From positions 7,842-71,841 of the forward strand of contig JBAZQT010000001.1 in the NCBI GenBank assembly GCA_041645055.1: a stretch of DNA of 64,000 bases, in the 5' to 3' direction. The first letter of the stretch is position 1, and every line of letters starts with the position of its first letter. Origin of the DNA: Methanoregula sp. Lineage in GTDB: Archaea; Halobacteriota; Methanomicrobia; Methanomicrobiales; Methanospirillaceae. The position numbers were made by a program, and so were the translations under genes. Positions 8,182-18,996 of the stretch are shown piece after piece. The notes below the pieces were generated by a model. The model was not told where the DNA came from. It worked only from the letters and a program-made list of their open reading frames with translations, and did not search any database.

Positions 8182-11100
8182 TCACATGAAATCCGCTAAA
8201 CCCAGCTGCTGCTGCTTCTCCTCACCGAACGTGGACTGGATCGCAAGGTCGATCACTTCAACCCGCTGCTTGGTGTATTCCGAGACCTTGTATTTCCGGC
8301 AGATCTCGCGGGACATCTCGAGATATTTCTTTACCGAACCTTCGTGCACAGTGGGAATGATATTACCATTACACGGGTGCTTTCCCTTGAACTTCGTACA
8401 TTTGCCGGCAAGTGGCATCCGGCGGTAGCTCGTGTTGCACTTCGTACACCGGAATTTCTGCTTTGAAAAAGCCGACAGGTTGCCCATTAAGTCCCGGATG
8501 AAATGCGTGTTAAGTACCCGCTCTGCCACATCGTCGGCATCGACCGCCCGGATCTTCTCTGCCAGCACCAGTTCGGCCTCGAGTTTGTCGGTCATCGTCT
8601 TGAGCTGGGTGTACATCGATTCGATAGGCCCTGCCGAGATATCCGAGGTGTCGTGGGTGACCTGGAACCCTTCCAGCTGGGCAGGAGTGCCGATACGGTT
8701 CTCGACCCGGTCAATGAGTTTGACAATCGTTTTAGGCTCGATATAGTTGAGTGCACCGGTGTACACCTCGATGGGGTAATGATCGCAGACATCGACGTTT
8801 AAGGCTTCTTTGTCGATCTGGGCTGGATCAATCCTGCTCGTCAGCACGAGCGGGGCATCCATGGAACCGCCCCGGTTCTGGGGTAGGAACGAGCGCGAGA
8901 AGTTGATCAGGCCATCTAACAGAAGCATGATGCAGTCTTCATCCCCATCACACTGGCCGGTGAAGATCCCATTTGCCACCAGAGTATGATCGTCGGCAAC
9001 CGTCAGGCAATAGACCCGTTCCTCCGGTGCCGGCACGATATCGATAGAGCGTATACGGTCCGAGATCACGTTCATACCTTCCAGCACCGGAACCGCATCC
9101 CCGACTTTGAGTTCGAGTGCCCTGATCTTCCGGAGATATGCTGTATCCCAGACGAGCATTGCGTGATCGGGAGTGACTGCGATATCCTTCCCAAGCGCAG
9201 TCGTGATCCGGAGCAGGGTTGCCGGGGAACGGTGGATGGAGACCGTAGTGACCTTACGGATATGCATCACGCCATTTGTATCGATAGTTCGGGTGTAATA
9301 CGGACGAGCCGGGTCAGAGTAATAGGTGCCAAGCTGGTCGATGCCCGGACGACTCACGTCGAAATTTTCCAGCACAAACTTCCGTATCGGGTGCCGGGTC
9401 CAGGACCTGCCATCGTACACCTCGATCATGGTATCGCCAAAGAAGCAGTTCCTGCGCTTGGCGGCATGGAAGAACGGGTGGGCATATCCTACATCTGCCC
9501 GGGTAAACCCGATGATCCGGGCGAGAACACCCGCGCTCGTGTGTGGAGCGAGGCCAATAACAAGATGACCTACAAGATCCTGAGGTTTTTCCACATTGTA
9601 AAACGGGGGGAGGCCATAAACTTTCACCAGCAGGTCATCCATGAACTTTGCCACGCTCACCATGTACTCGGCACAGGAATCGGAAACAAGGAGATCCTGT
9701 GCATGGAGTTCAACCACCTGCTTGCCGTTCTGGAGATCGTACCCGTACGTGTCTTTGGTGTAACCCAGCGAGCGGAGTTTCTCGACCGGTACCCGCACTT
9801 CATCGGGGCGGATGTGGGTGAGCGGCAGGTCGATCATGTCAAACCGCGTGGTCCCGTCCTTAAAGACCCAGATGTTCCGTATCCCCCGTAATACCCCCTT
9901 CTCCATCGCCTCTACAGACTTCTCCTTCGAGATCATGCCCTTGACACCCTTGACAAGCGCGACCGCATCGGTTTTCATCCCGAGGTGTGCCATCACCTTG
10001 GCGTATTCCCCTTTGACATCCAGTTTGAGTCGCTGGGAGCAGGTTGCCTGTCCATCACACGCGGGACACCGGGGCAGACTGGTTTCCCGTCCGCACTTGA
10101 TGCAGATAAAGACCGCGACCGTATGCCCCCCGCACTTGTCGCACCGGTTGAGATAGGTGATCTCCTGGCACTGCGAGCATCGCCTTCGGCCGACTTCGAT
10201 CTCGATGATCCCGCATTCCTTCTGGATACCGATATCGGTATCGTTCTGGTCCTCCTGCTCGATATGGGAAGACGCAGACTGGAATGACCGCCGGGCACCC
10301 CCGGTGTCGCCGAGCGGGAAAAGAACATGTGGGGGAGGATTCATCTTACGGGGCTTGGATTTCCCCGGTCTCCCCATGCGCCCACCGATCCGTGTCCCCG
10401 ATCGCGAACGCATCTTAAACCCGGAAAGGTGCTGGACAAGAACTAGCTGGGACGTATCCGGGGGATTTGTCCAGACCCCGCATTTCTTCAGGGAATCATC
10501 CAGCCCGAGGCAGGCGATGAAGGCCCGGTACAGGTGGATCTTTACACACCCATCCCGCACGATGTGCGGAAGAAGCAGTGTTTCGAGAATGTCTTTGATG
10601 ACCGGATCAAGAGGGATCTGGAGATAATCGTCGACAATCTTTCCCGTACTCGCAAACGCATCAGCGAGGATGCGGATCTGGTCCATGGTGATATCGTCCC
10701 AGAACCATGTGTAAGCGGGATGGAGATATCCTCCCGCCCGGGCAAATGCAATTGCCTCCTCTTCATCTTTCGGTGTTTTTGTACCAGGTTCGCTGTCGAG
10801 CAGCCACCATTCGTCGCAGTAGCCGGAAGGTACCAGCGGGTGGTTGTTCTCTAAAAATTCCCCGTACGAGATGAGAATCTCGCCTACGTCAAGGATCCGC
10901 TCGATCACAGGCTGTAGGCGCTGGGCTGTTGCTTCATCATCGATCCGGAGCACATCGCCACTGGTGAGACGCACGGTCGGTCCTTCGATCGAGTCTACCG
11001 GTACGACTCCGCAGGCCTTACCCGGCCTCTCGGTCTTCATCTGGGTGCCGGTGGCGAGGAACTCGCCCAGCACATACAGAGTAGACGGGTGAAAGCCGGC

Positions 11101-12096
11101 GGCGGCAAACCCAGTGTTGCGCGAACGACCATACCGGAGCCGGAAGCCACCTTTTCTCATAGGATAGGCAAAGACCGGTCTCCCTCCGATCAGGTCACGA
11201 AGGTACTTGTCCAGCGGTTTGATACCAACAGTTTTTTCTTCATCACCGGACTTTGAGGCACCGGCTATGAGTTTGTCAAGCCAGTCCCAGCCCTCCATCT
11301 TCATCTTCTCGACCCGGCTCTTGAGCTTGCGTGCCTTGCCTGCGATACCTTCCCCGATAACGAGCGCCATGCCGCCCCGCACGGTATTGGTCTCTACCCG
11401 TTCGAGGTTCCGGTGCCCGGACACCTCTTCCTGTTCGGTTGCTTCGCCATCGATGCAAACCGGGCAGTTCTCGATGATGAGCCGTATCTCTGCTTCGCTT
11501 GGCAGGTACTGGAGGTTCATGATCGAGTTGTACTGCCGGATCTCCTCGATGTACCGCTCTACCTCGTCCTGCCGGGGTATGTAGCGGTTGATATTCAGTT
11601 TCTGGCGCACATAGTCCCCGACAAGCACCGAGAGTGCCTGTGCAGTCCCACCGGCACTCCGGATCGGTCCTGCATAGAATATCATAAGGTACTGGCTGCC
11701 ATCGTCGTTCTTGCCAAGCTCAATCTTTGCAATCCCTTCAGTGGGAGCCGCTACGACACCCTCCGTGAGAAGGGCCATCGCTGTCCGTATGGCATGGTCG
11801 AGTACCTCAAGAACAGAGGTCTCCCCGAACTTCCGGGCAACAAAATCATCACCGATTCGGAGCGCAATCTCCTCACGCGACATCTGGGCTTCGAGTTCAC
11901 GGATCCGCACCGCAACCCCTTTGATGCCAAGTAGTGCCTCAACGCGGTCGGCTAAATCGCTTGCAATAGGTATCTCAACATCGGTGGAAGGATCAAGACC
12001 ACGGGAGCGGGCTTCCTTTGCTATCGCTATCGCACGATGAAGATCATCAAGAAGGGATTTTTCATACGCCTCCATCGCGGGCGAGAGCACTAGCAT
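8182..12096 (-). CDS. polC: DNA polymerase II (PolD) large subunit DP2, intein-containing
   Basis: 1304 aa with DP2 hallmarks: cysteine-cluster zinc modules (CSQCQ..CDKCG..CIKCG..CPAC), catalytic-region motif [11 protein letters not shown]|...|CDGDEDC interrupted by an insert, and a C-terminal CTKCN..C..C zinc finger. Confidence 0.95.
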   Translation of the reverse strand: MLVLSPAMEAYEKSLLDDLHRAIAIAKEARSRGLDPSTDVEIPIASDLADRVEALLGIKGVAVRIRELEAQMSREEIALRIGDDFVARKFGETSVLEVLDHAIRTAMALLTEGVVAAPTEGIAKIELGKNDDGSQYLMIFYAGPIRSAGGTAQALSVLVGDYVRQKLNINRYIPRQDEVERYIEEIRQYNSIMNLQYLPSEAEIRLIIENCPVCIDGEATEQEEVSGHRNLERVETNTVRGGMALVIGEGIAGKARKLKSRVEKMKMEGWDWLDKLIAGASKSGDEEKTVGIKPLDKYLRDLIGGRPVFAYPMRKGGFRLRYGRSRNTGFAAAGFHPSTLYVLGEFLATGTQMKTERPGKACGVVPVDSIEGPTVRLTSGDVLRIDDEATAQRLQPVIERILDVGEILISYGEFLENNHPLVPSGYCDEWWLLDSEPGTKTPKDEEEAIAFARAGGYLHPAYTWFWDDITMDQIRILADAFASTGKIVDDYLQIPLDPVIKDILETLLLPHIVRDGCVKIHLYRAFIACLGLDDSLKKCGVWTNPPDTSQLVLVQHLSGFKMRSRSGTRIGGRMGRPGKSKPRKMNPPPHVLFPLGDTGGARRSFQSASSHIEQEDQNDTDIGIQKECGIIEIEVGRRRCSQCQEITYLNRCDKCGGHTVAVFICIKCGRETSLPRCPACDGQATCSQRLKLDVKGEYAKVMAHLGMKTDAVALVKGVKGMISKEKSVEAMEKGVLRGIRNIWVFKDGTTRFDMIDLPLTHIRPDEVRVPVEKLRSLGYTKDTYGYDLQNGKQVVELHAQDLLVSDSCAEYMVSVAKFMDDLLVKVYGLPPFYNVEKPQDLVGHLVIGLAPHTSAGVLARIIGFTRADVGYAHPFFHAAKRRNCFFGDTMIEVYDGRSWTRHPIRKFVLENFDVSRPGIDQLGTYYSDPARPYYTRTIDTNGVMHIRKVTTVSIHRSPATLLRITTALGKDIAVTPDHAMLVWDTAYLRKIRALELKVGDAVPVLEGMNVISDRIRSIDIVPAPEERVYCLTVADDHTLVANGIFTGQCDGDEDCIMLLLDGLINFSRSFLPQNRGGSMDAPLVLTSRIDPAQIDKEALNVDVCDHYPIEVYTGALNYIEPKTIVKLIDRVENRIGTPAQLEGFQVTHDTSDISAGPIESMYTQLKTMTDKLEAELVLAEKIRAVDADDVAERVLNTHFIRDLMGNLSAFSKQKFRCTKCNTSYRRMPLAGKCTKFKGKHPCNGNIIPTVHEGSVKKYLEMSREICRKYKVSEYTKQRVEVIDLAIQSTFGEEKQQQLGLADFM
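8953..9447 (-). other. Mini-intein (165 aa) inserted in the AAKRRN/CDGDEDC motif of DP2
   Basis: The insert begins [10 protein letters not shown] (block A Cys), contains TPDH (block B TxxH) and ends ..[14 protein letters not shown], followed by the extein +1 Cys (CDGDEDC). There is no LAGLIDADG or HNH endonuclease domain. Both boundaries are in frame (9445-9447 = Cys1, 8953-8955 = terminal Gln). Confidence 0.85.
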
Positions 12097-12309
12097 ACCG
12101 GTACGATGGTCCGGGAGGGAATTTATCCCTTCGGTTTATCGCAAAAAAAGCTCATGGTTATTTCGTGGGGAGATGTATGGGATCAAACCGCCGCAGAGCG
12201 CTCTGTCAGGCATGGAAGTATCCCTTGCATTCGGAGGTATGGAGGTATCTGCCCCCACTTTGTAACCCACTCAAATAAAGAACTAAAAACAGACTGAATT
12301 GTATCCAAA

Positions 12310-12864
12310 TCAGCTCTTATCCTCATCGCCCTGAATTTTCTCAACCATCGAGGGAATGCCCGTTTCTCCCATCTGCCAGAGGGTCAAAGACGCACAGGTG
12401 CGGAGTATTGAATCGGCATCGTCAAGGCGCCGGGTGAGTGGTTCCACCGCAGGTTTTCCGATCCGGCAGAGAGCCCGGGAGAGATAGCCACGCAGGTCCG
12501 CATCATCGCTTCCCATAGCATCGATCAGGGCTTCAACGGCAGGTGCACCCATGTTCCCGAGCGCTGCGGCACCATAGCGTCGGAAATCCTTTTCCCGGTT
12601 CACCCGCATTGCAGCAATCACGGGGTCTATCGCGGGTATGCCAATACGTGATAGAGCTACTGCCGCATACCAGCGGTGATCATTGTCTGTTGAATCCGCA
12701 AGTTCCGTGATCAGGAGCGGTACTGCCCGTTCGCCATATTCCCCGAGTGACTGTACCGCCTCGTGTCGTACATCAATAGACGGGTCTCCCATTGCAGTAA
12801 TAAGCTCGTTGATCTTCTGCTCATCGGCGGGATGAAAATCGTTTCGGGAATTTTGCAGCGCCAT
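12310..12864 (-). CDS. HEAT-repeat (PBS-lyase-type) protein
   Basis: 184 aa built from repeated ~31-aa units (D..VR..A..ALG.IG...AV.PLI.AL). Confidence 0.8.
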   Translation of the reverse strand: MALQNSRNDFHPADEQKINELITAMGDPSIDVRHEAVQSLGEYGERAVPLLITELADSTDNDHRWYAAVALSRIGIPAIDPVIAAMRVNREKDFRRYGAAALGNMGAPAVEALIDAMGSDDADLRGYLSRALCRIGKPAVEPLTRRLDDADSILRTCASLTLWQMGETGIPSMVEKIQGDEDKS

Positions 12865-12866
12865 TA

Positions 12867-13817
12867 TTACCTCGTGTTCTTATCTTTGCATTCTTTTTTG
12901 GGAGTCCCAACGCGTATCCTGCGCACCAGCGGTTCAACAGCAGGGATCAGGATGGCATCGATTGCATCGGCTATTGCCCTTCGCTCATCGTCATCAGCAT
13001 TCTCAAGGAGCTGGACAAGGGGCTCGATTGCATCTGCATTCTTGAGTTCCCCGAGCGCAGTCATCACTTCTATACGGATCTCCCCTCGTGCTCCTTTTAA
13101 AAAACCCAGCAGGGGACAAAGAGCAGGAGTACCGATTGCTGCAAGCGCAGCTGCGGCTTCTGCCCTTACCATTGCCTCCTTGTCAGCAAGTGCAAGGATC
13201 AGCTGTTCAACAGCAAGAGGGTTTTTTATTTTTCCCAAGGCAAGTGCTGCTCCCCACCGAACACTGGTATCACCTTGTTTGAGAGCGTTGATAAGAGGAA
13301 AAACTGCCGGTTCGCCAATCATGCTGATTGCATGCGCAGCCCGGCTTCTCACAAACCTATCCTCATCGGAAAGAAGGTGGATGAGGGGGTCGATGGCATC
13401 CGGGTTCCCAATCTCACCAAGGGCAATTGCTGCTTTCCAGCGGACATCGTCATCCGGGTACTGCAACGCGGCAATGAGTGATTCAACCGCCGGATTCCCA
13501 ATCTTTGAGAGAGCTTCTGCCGCTTTCCACCGCACACCACTGAACTCATCCCGCTTCAATGCGGTGATGAGCGGCCCGACCGCATTTTCATCCCCGAGAT
13601 TTCCCAGTGCTTCTGCTGCCTCGTACTGGACCTGGGGATCTTTATGTTCCAGAAGGTGGCAAAGACCTGCGATATCCCACCGGCTTTTCAGTTTTTTCAC
13701 ATCCGGCCCGAGAAGCCCGGCGGGATTGAAATGTTCAAAAAAAGCCAGTTCCACCACAATGGGTACCATCAGGTAAAGGAGACGCTTGTACCTGAAAACC
13801 GGCGGGATGAATTCCAT
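12867..13817 (-). CDS. HEAT-repeat protein (start uncertain; the ORF extends to 13976)
   Basis: About 9 tandem HEAT-like units (..D..VR..AA.ALG.IG.P.A..PLI.AL.). Its stop lies 2 nt from the downstream HEAT gene start. I placed the start at MEFIPP (ATG 13817); Met at 13769 is an alternative. Confidence 0.75.
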   Translation of the reverse strand: MEFIPPVFRYKRLLYLMVPIVVELAFFEHFNPAGLLGPDVKKLKSRWDIAGLCHLLEHKDPQVQYEAAEALGNLGDENAVGPLITALKRDEFSGVRWKAAEALSKIGNPAVESLIAALQYPDDDVRWKAAIALGEIGNPDAIDPLIHLLSDEDRFVRSRAAHAISMIGEPAVFPLINALKQGDTSVRWGAALALGKIKNPLAVEQLILALADKEAMVRAEAAAALAAIGTPALCPLLGFLKGARGEIRIEVMTALGELKNADAIEPLVQLLENADDDERRAIADAIDAILIPAVEPLVRRIRVGTPKKECKDKNTR

Positions 13818-14157
13818 CTGATGATACGTTGGCAAGAGACAGATAAATGGATTGTGGGTTGTTCGTAGGGAGAGGGGGTGCTTCGAAGAGAAATGGGTGA
13901 ACATTTCAATGAGGTTCAATGAGATCAGTAAACACTCTATCGAAACGAAATCCGTTTTCCTAAAAAGAGGAGTCAACGGAGATTTCTAACCGAGGAGATT
14001 GCTCTTATCCGTGAAAGGAGATTTCCAGGGGAAAAACAGGTAATATTTCGCCGGCATATACCCGAAGGGATGTGCATCAATTCGGTCAGGATCACTATTT
14101 TGTAATCGGCAGCTTAATACATATCATCTACAGCGCAATGCACAGGATTGTAATACT

Positions 14158-15282
14158 ATGGAACAGCTCATGATTGTCAACATCCTGCTCGTCTGCATAT
14201 TTATCGCCGTACTACTGCTTCCGTTCAAGGTCAAAAAGGTGGAAGAGAACCTTGAGGTGTTTCTCTTTGTTTGCGGAATAGCTGCACTGAGTGTTGCCAG
14301 TTTTGCAATCCTGCACGGAGAAACATTCGGGTGGACGTACGCTATAGTGGTTGAGGCGCTTTCCGCACCGGTTATGATCACGACCGTGGCCGGGATACCG
14401 GTTGGCATTGTCCAGATAGTCCTCATCATGGGTTTGATTATTTATTTTGCCCACACGCAGATCCAGGTGGCCATCCAGACGATGGTAAACCGGGTGCCGC
14501 TTTCTGTCATCGTTTTCTTCCTGATCTGTGGTCTTGGGGTTGTTTCCAGCATTATCTCTGCGATTCTTGCTGCCATCATTCTCGTTGAAATAGTCTGTGC
14601 CCTCCCGCTCGGACGGCAGGAGAAGATTGGTGTCACGGTGATTGCCTGTTTTTCCATTGGTCTTGGGGCTGCACTCACGCCACTCGGTGAACCACTCTCC
14701 ACGATCGCCATCTCCAAACTTTCCGGTGATCCTTACCATGCAGGATTTACGTTCCTTTTCGATATGCTGGGGATCTATATCATTCCCGGTATCATTGCTC
14801 TGGGAATTCTTGGTGTTGTTTACTTACAGCGGCAGGGTACCAGCACGGAGGGACTTGAGTGCAAAATCGTTCGCGAGAGCATCCGCGATGTCGTGATCCG
14901 CGCAGGCAAAGTATACCTTTTCATCATGGCGCTGGTCTTTTTAGGAGAGGGGTTCAAGCCGCTCATTCTTGAATATATTATCCAGATACCGTCAGAGGGC
15001 CTCTTCTGGGTAAATATCGTGTCTGCGGTGCTTGACAATGCAACCCTTGCCGCTGCAGAGATCGGGCCACAACTCAGCATGATCCAGATAAAAAGCGCAT
15101 TAATGGGACTGTTGATTGCCGGGGGTATGCTTATCCCCGGCAATATTCCCAATATCATCGCAGCAGGCAGGATGGAGATCACCAGTAAGGAATGGGCAAG
15201 ATACGGAGTGCCCCTTGGATTTGCCCTGATGCTGATTTTTTTTGCAATCCTGTTCGTTCCCGCGTATCTCGGCATCCACTAA
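14158..15282 (+). CDS. Multi-pass membrane protein, probable ion transporter (resembles the DUF1646 family from memory)
   Basis: 374 aa with about 10 hydrophobic helices. The antisense ORFs in the track are low-complexity. Confidence 0.7.
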   Translation: MEQLMIVNILLVCIFIAVLLLPFKVKKVEENLEVFLFVCGIAALSVASFAILHGETFGWTYAIVVEALSAPVMITTVAGIPVGIVQIVLIMGLIIYFAHTQIQVAIQTMVNRVPLSVIVFFLICGLGVVSSIISAILAAIILVEIVCALPLGRQEKIGVTVIACFSIGLGAALTPLGEPLSTIAISKLSGDPYHAGFTFLFDMLGIYIIPGIIALGILGVVYLQRQGTSTEGLECKIVRESIRDVVIRAGKVYLFIMALVFLGEGFKPLILEYIIQIPSEGLFWVNIVSAVLDNATLAAAEIGPQLSMIQIKSALMGLLIAGGMLIPGNIPNIIAAGRMEITSKEWARYGVPLGFALMLIFFAILFVPAYLGIH

Positions 15283-15771
15283 AAAATCCCATTTATTCAT
15301 CTGCACGGGATTCAGGGTCTGGTAAATACGATACGTAAAAAGTCCTGCACTGCTACCGGAAAGAATTGCCGAGAACCGATGGGAAGAATCAGGTAAACGC
15401 CTTCCAGCCTGAATACCTCATCCCTGTTTATAATATACCGCTTGACTGAGGAAAGGCAAGATAAAATCGTGTTTTTCGTTCACTGCCGGGTTACAGGAAG
15501 GTATTTATTCACCTTCGATGGTATAGACCAATTGAATATGTCAGGGGATGTCTCAGCGTAATGGTCCAGGATATCATAAAAGCCATTGATGCTCTGAAAA
15601 CTACGGCGGTGGCACGATGCCGGGAGCGAATAGAAGAGGCAGCCCAGAAAGCGCGTGGATTGCGGGGAGGCAGTCCTGCCAAAGAAGAGAAGAAAACCCC
15701 CGGTTCCCGGGAACCACAGTGCGGGGTTACATCGATCCTGAAACGCAGGCACGGGTTGTAAAGAGGGTAGT

Positions 15772-16092
15772 ATGGACACGGAAAAGACACTGCTGCAACA
15801 AATTCGGGAAAAAGAACAGGATGTGGCAAAGAAGATAGAGGATGTAAAAGCTGGCACGGAAGCAACAATCGCCGCAGCAAAAACTGATGCCGAGAACCTG
15901 CTGTGCACCGCAAACGCTGAAGGAAAAACTGCCGCTGAAGAGTTATACTGGCGGGAGAAAGGAAAAACTGAAGCCAATATAGAACAGTTAAAACAGGAAG
16001 CGGGACGTGAAGCAGAAGCTGCAGCAGAAAAAGGCAAGAGAAATATTCCCGTTGCTGCAGCAGCCATTGTACGCTTTGTGACCATGGAGTAG
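15772..16092 (+). CDS. atpH: A-type ATP synthase subunit H
   Basis: 106-aa coiled-coil protein rich in E/K/A (LLQQIREKEQDVAKKIEDVKA..AEAAAEKG), immediately upstream of atpI. Confidence 0.8.
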   Translation: MDTEKTLLQQIREKEQDVAKKIEDVKAGTEATIAAAKTDAENLLCTANAEGKTAAEELYWREKGKTEANIEQLKQEAGREAEAAAEKGKRNIPVAAAAIVRFVTME

Positions 16093-16118
16093 TCCGGCAT
16101 TGCCCGGAAAGGGACCGT

Positions 16119-18050
16119 ATGCTCCAGCAGATGAAAAGAATCCAGGTAATCGGGCCAAAACCCTCATTCAATCGTGTAGTTGACCTGTTGTACCAGGAAG
16201 GAACTCTTCATCTCGAAGACGTATCAAAATCGGTCTCTCCGGATGAGATCCCTTTAGACAAAGTAGTGCTGGATACTGCAGGTGAAGTTACTGAAGTATT
16301 AGGAAAGATCAACGGGATCTTTTCTACGCTTCCTCACGTCAGTGATGATCCGGCACGCATGGATGAAATCCGAAAAACCCTCCAGAACCAGAGCCATGAA
16401 CAGGTTCTGTTGCGGGCGCAGGAGATAATCCGGAATCTTGAGACCACAACCAGGGATCTTGCGTCAAGAAAGAGTGAACTCACCTTAACCATCACCGCAT
16501 TAAACCGGTACTCAAAAGTCCTTGTCATCCTCCAGCCGCTTGAGCGCGAGCTGCCGATGCTGGAAGGGTTTGAAGTCACGATCCTCTTAATCCAGAAGGA
16601 ACACGGCGAGGTTGTTGAACTGATAAAAAAAGAATTAGACATCATCACCAGCAACCAGTTCGAGATGACGTCGACAAGCGTTGATGCCGAAACTCTCGCA
16701 GCCATCATGGTCTTTAACAAACGGCATTCCGAACAGGTCCATTCTTTCATCTACTCGGTGAATGTAAACGAGGTGCGTCTGCCCCGGGAATACATGGGAA
16801 AACCGTTTTACGAGATGTTTGCCTTAATCGAGGAGAACAAGCTCCGGGCCAATAACGAGATAGAAAAGATCGAAGAGGGACTTCTTGCACTTGCATCTGC
16901 CTGGCACCAGGAACTCGCCCTGTTGAAAAAAAACCTTGAGGACATGAATGACGAACTGGGGGCATTTTCAAACTTCGCGTTGTCTGAATATACCTTTGTC
17001 ATCATGGGGTGGATCCCCAAAAAAAAGTTACAAAAGGTAAAAAAATCCATAGCAGATGCATTCCAGGACCGGGTTATAGTAAATGAACTGGACACCACGG
17101 AAAAAGATATGGAAGGAGCGCCGGTCTTTTATGATAACCCCCGTTGGGTAAAACCGTTTGAGACGATTATGCAGCTCATTTCACCTCCGCGATACCGGGA
17201 GATCGATCCATCACCGGTTCTTGCGTTCTTTTTCCCGCTCTTTTTTGGGATCATGGTGGGGGATATCGGGTACGGGATCGTTATTTTTTTAATCGCGCTC
17301 CTCATCAAAAAGATGTATGGAACCATTGCATTTGCTGCAAGTGTAGCTGATATCCTCCTCATCTCGTCGATCCCGACCATCATCTTCGGTTATTTATACG
17401 GAGAATTTTTCGGGGATTTTGGTGAGATCATGGGCTGGCTGCATCCGGTACATTTCCTCGGTATAACGTGGAACCGGGTGGAGGCGATGATCCCCATGCT
17501 AATCCTTGCCATCGGTATTGGTGCTATTCATGTTATTCTGGGGCTCATCATCGGGATGCGTAATGCGATGATCATGAAAAGCAGGAAGCATCTCTCTGAA
17601 AAGACCGGGATGCTCCTTATGCTGATCGGGATCATTATTCTCATGGGAATGCTCGCAGGGGTGGTTCCTGAAATGGGGATCTATCCCACGGTCATACTTA
17701 TGGTGATCGCGCTGCCCCTGATCCTCTACGGTGCAGGTGTCTTTGGTGCGATCGAGGTTATGAGTACGGTAGGAAACATTCTCTCCTATGCCCGGCTGAT
17801 GGCAATCGGTATGGCATCCGTGATCCTCGCCATGGTCGCAAACAAACTCGGTGAGTCCTTTGAGATCCTGATCATCGGTATCATTGTGGCATTACTGCTT
17901 CATGCACTGAATATTGCGCTTGCCATGTTCAGCCCCTCTATCCACTCGATGCGTCTGCATATTGTGGAGTTCTTCTCGAAGTTCTACGAAGGTGGAGGCG
18001 TGGTGTATAAACCGTTTAAAAAAGCGGTTGTGGATGATGGGGGGAGGTAG
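16119..18050 (+). CDS. atpI: A-type ATP synthase subunit I (stator/proton channel a-subunit)
   Basis: 643 aa. N-terminal cytoplasmic coiled-coil half (MKRIQVIGPK...) and a C-terminal 7-8 TM half containing the conserved ..SYARLMA.G.AS.. arginine motif. Confidence 0.9.
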   Translation: MLQQMKRIQVIGPKPSFNRVVDLLYQEGTLHLEDVSKSVSPDEIPLDKVVLDTAGEVTEVLGKINGIFSTLPHVSDDPARMDEIRKTLQNQSHEQVLLRAQEIIRNLETTTRDLASRKSELTLTITALNRYSKVLVILQPLERELPMLEGFEVTILLIQKEHGEVVELIKKELDIITSNQFEMTSTSVDAETLAAIMVFNKRHSEQVHSFIYSVNVNEVRLPREYMGKPFYEMFALIEENKLRANNEIEKIEEGLLALASAWHQELALLKKNLEDMNDELGAFSNFALSEYTFVIMGWIPKKKLQKVKKSIADAFQDRVIVNELDTTEKDMEGAPVFYDNPRWVKPFETIMQLISPPRYREIDPSPVLAFFFPLFFGIMVGDIGYGIVIFLIALLIKKMYGTIAFAASVADILLISSIPTIIFGYLYGEFFGDFGEIMGWLHPVHFLGITWNRVEAMIPMLILAIGIGAIHVILGLIIGMRNAMIMKSRKHLSEKTGMLLMLIGIIILMGMLAGVVPEMGIYPTVILMVIALPLILYGAGVFGAIEVMSTVGNILSYARLMAIGMASVILAMVANKLGESFEILIIGIIVALLLHALNIALAMFSPSIHSMRLHIVEFFSKFYEGGGVVYKPFKKAVVDDGGR

Positions 18051-18193
18051 TAATAAGGCTCTTTGTTCCGAGAGGGCTGGTTGGATACATAGGCGGTCTC
18101 CCTATCAGGAACATTCTGGCAGATTGATAACTCACTCTGGCCGCAATGGGAAGGCACTATATTTCTGTTCAAACCGAAGAATACCGGACGACA

Positions 18194-18996
18194 TTTTCAA
18201 TCAAAGTCCGGTTGACTTTTTTCAAGCAGAGTCTGGTTGATTTTTTTTAATTAAGGTTTGCTTGAAAATTTACAATCAAAGTCCGGTTGAAAAATAAAAA
18301 TCAAAGTCTGTCTTGAAACTTGAAATCGAAGTCTGCTTACAAATTTGAAATCAAGGTTTGATTGATCCGGATCAGGTTTTCAATCACGATCATGATCGCG
18401 ATGAATAATTTTCATTCAGGGTTTGATGAAAAAATCGCAATCGAAGTCTGCCGGAAAATTTCAAATCGGGATCCGGTTGAACGTTTTCAAGCTAGGTTTG
18501 ATTGATTTTCCGAACAATTCACGTCGGAATGATTTTTTTGGATTCGTTTTTTCAATCAAACTCTGGTTAATAATTTCCAATCAAAGTCTGCTCCCAAACT
18601 TTCAATCAAGGTTTGCCTGAAAATTTACAATCAAGGTCCGGTTGATCCGGATCAGGTTTTCAATCACGATCATGATCGCGATGAAAAATTTTCATTCAAG
18701 GTTTGATGGAAAAATCGCAATCAAAGTCTGCCCGGAAATTTCAAATTGGGATCCGGTTGAAAAATTCAAATCAAGGTTTGATTAAAATTCTTCAAGCAAG
18801 GTCCGGTTGAAAATTTTCAATCGGGATCCGGTCAGGATTTTTCAAGCAGAGTCTGGTTGAAATGTTATCATCAGGGTTTGATTGATCCACGAACAATTTT
18901 CTATCAAACTTCGATTGATAATTTCATGGCAAGGTCCGGTTACCTTTTTTCAATCAAAGTCCGGCCGAAGATTTTCAATCCAGATCTGATTGATAT
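18194..18996. repeat. Tandem array of about 34 degenerate 24-25-bp units (consensus about TTTTCAATCAARGTCYGGTTGAAAA) with a 280-bp higher-order repeat
   Basis: Identical 18-mers CAATCAAAGTCCGGTTGA occur at 18198-18215 and 18273-18290, with many 1-4-mismatch copies head to tail. A perfect junction palindrome TTGAAAATTTTCAA lies at 18807-18820. The 130-bp blocks 18351-18480 and 18631-18760 are about 90% identical. No credible ORF. Confidence 0.9.

Noticed and set aside
8986-9891. 301-aa + strand ORF opposite the intein region of polC
   Set aside because: It is antisense to a continuous, motif-rich DP2/intein frame, and it has no features of its own.
12763-13776. 337-aa + strand ORF
   Set aside because: It is antisense to the HEAT-repeat genes. 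Its Ser/Ala/Arg-rich low-complexity translation is typical of the mirror frame of a GC-rich repetitive gene.
15480-16171. Two overlapping - strand ORFs of 206 and 220 aa
   Set aside because: They are antisense to atpH and its upstream region. Their low-complexity A/S/F/L-rich translations are mirror frames of the E/K/A-rich coiled-coil gene.
18194-18996. CRISPR array
   Set aside because: The units are contiguous, at 24-25 bp head to tail, with no unique spacers. The repeats are degenerate and not near-identical. No cas genes lie in the window.
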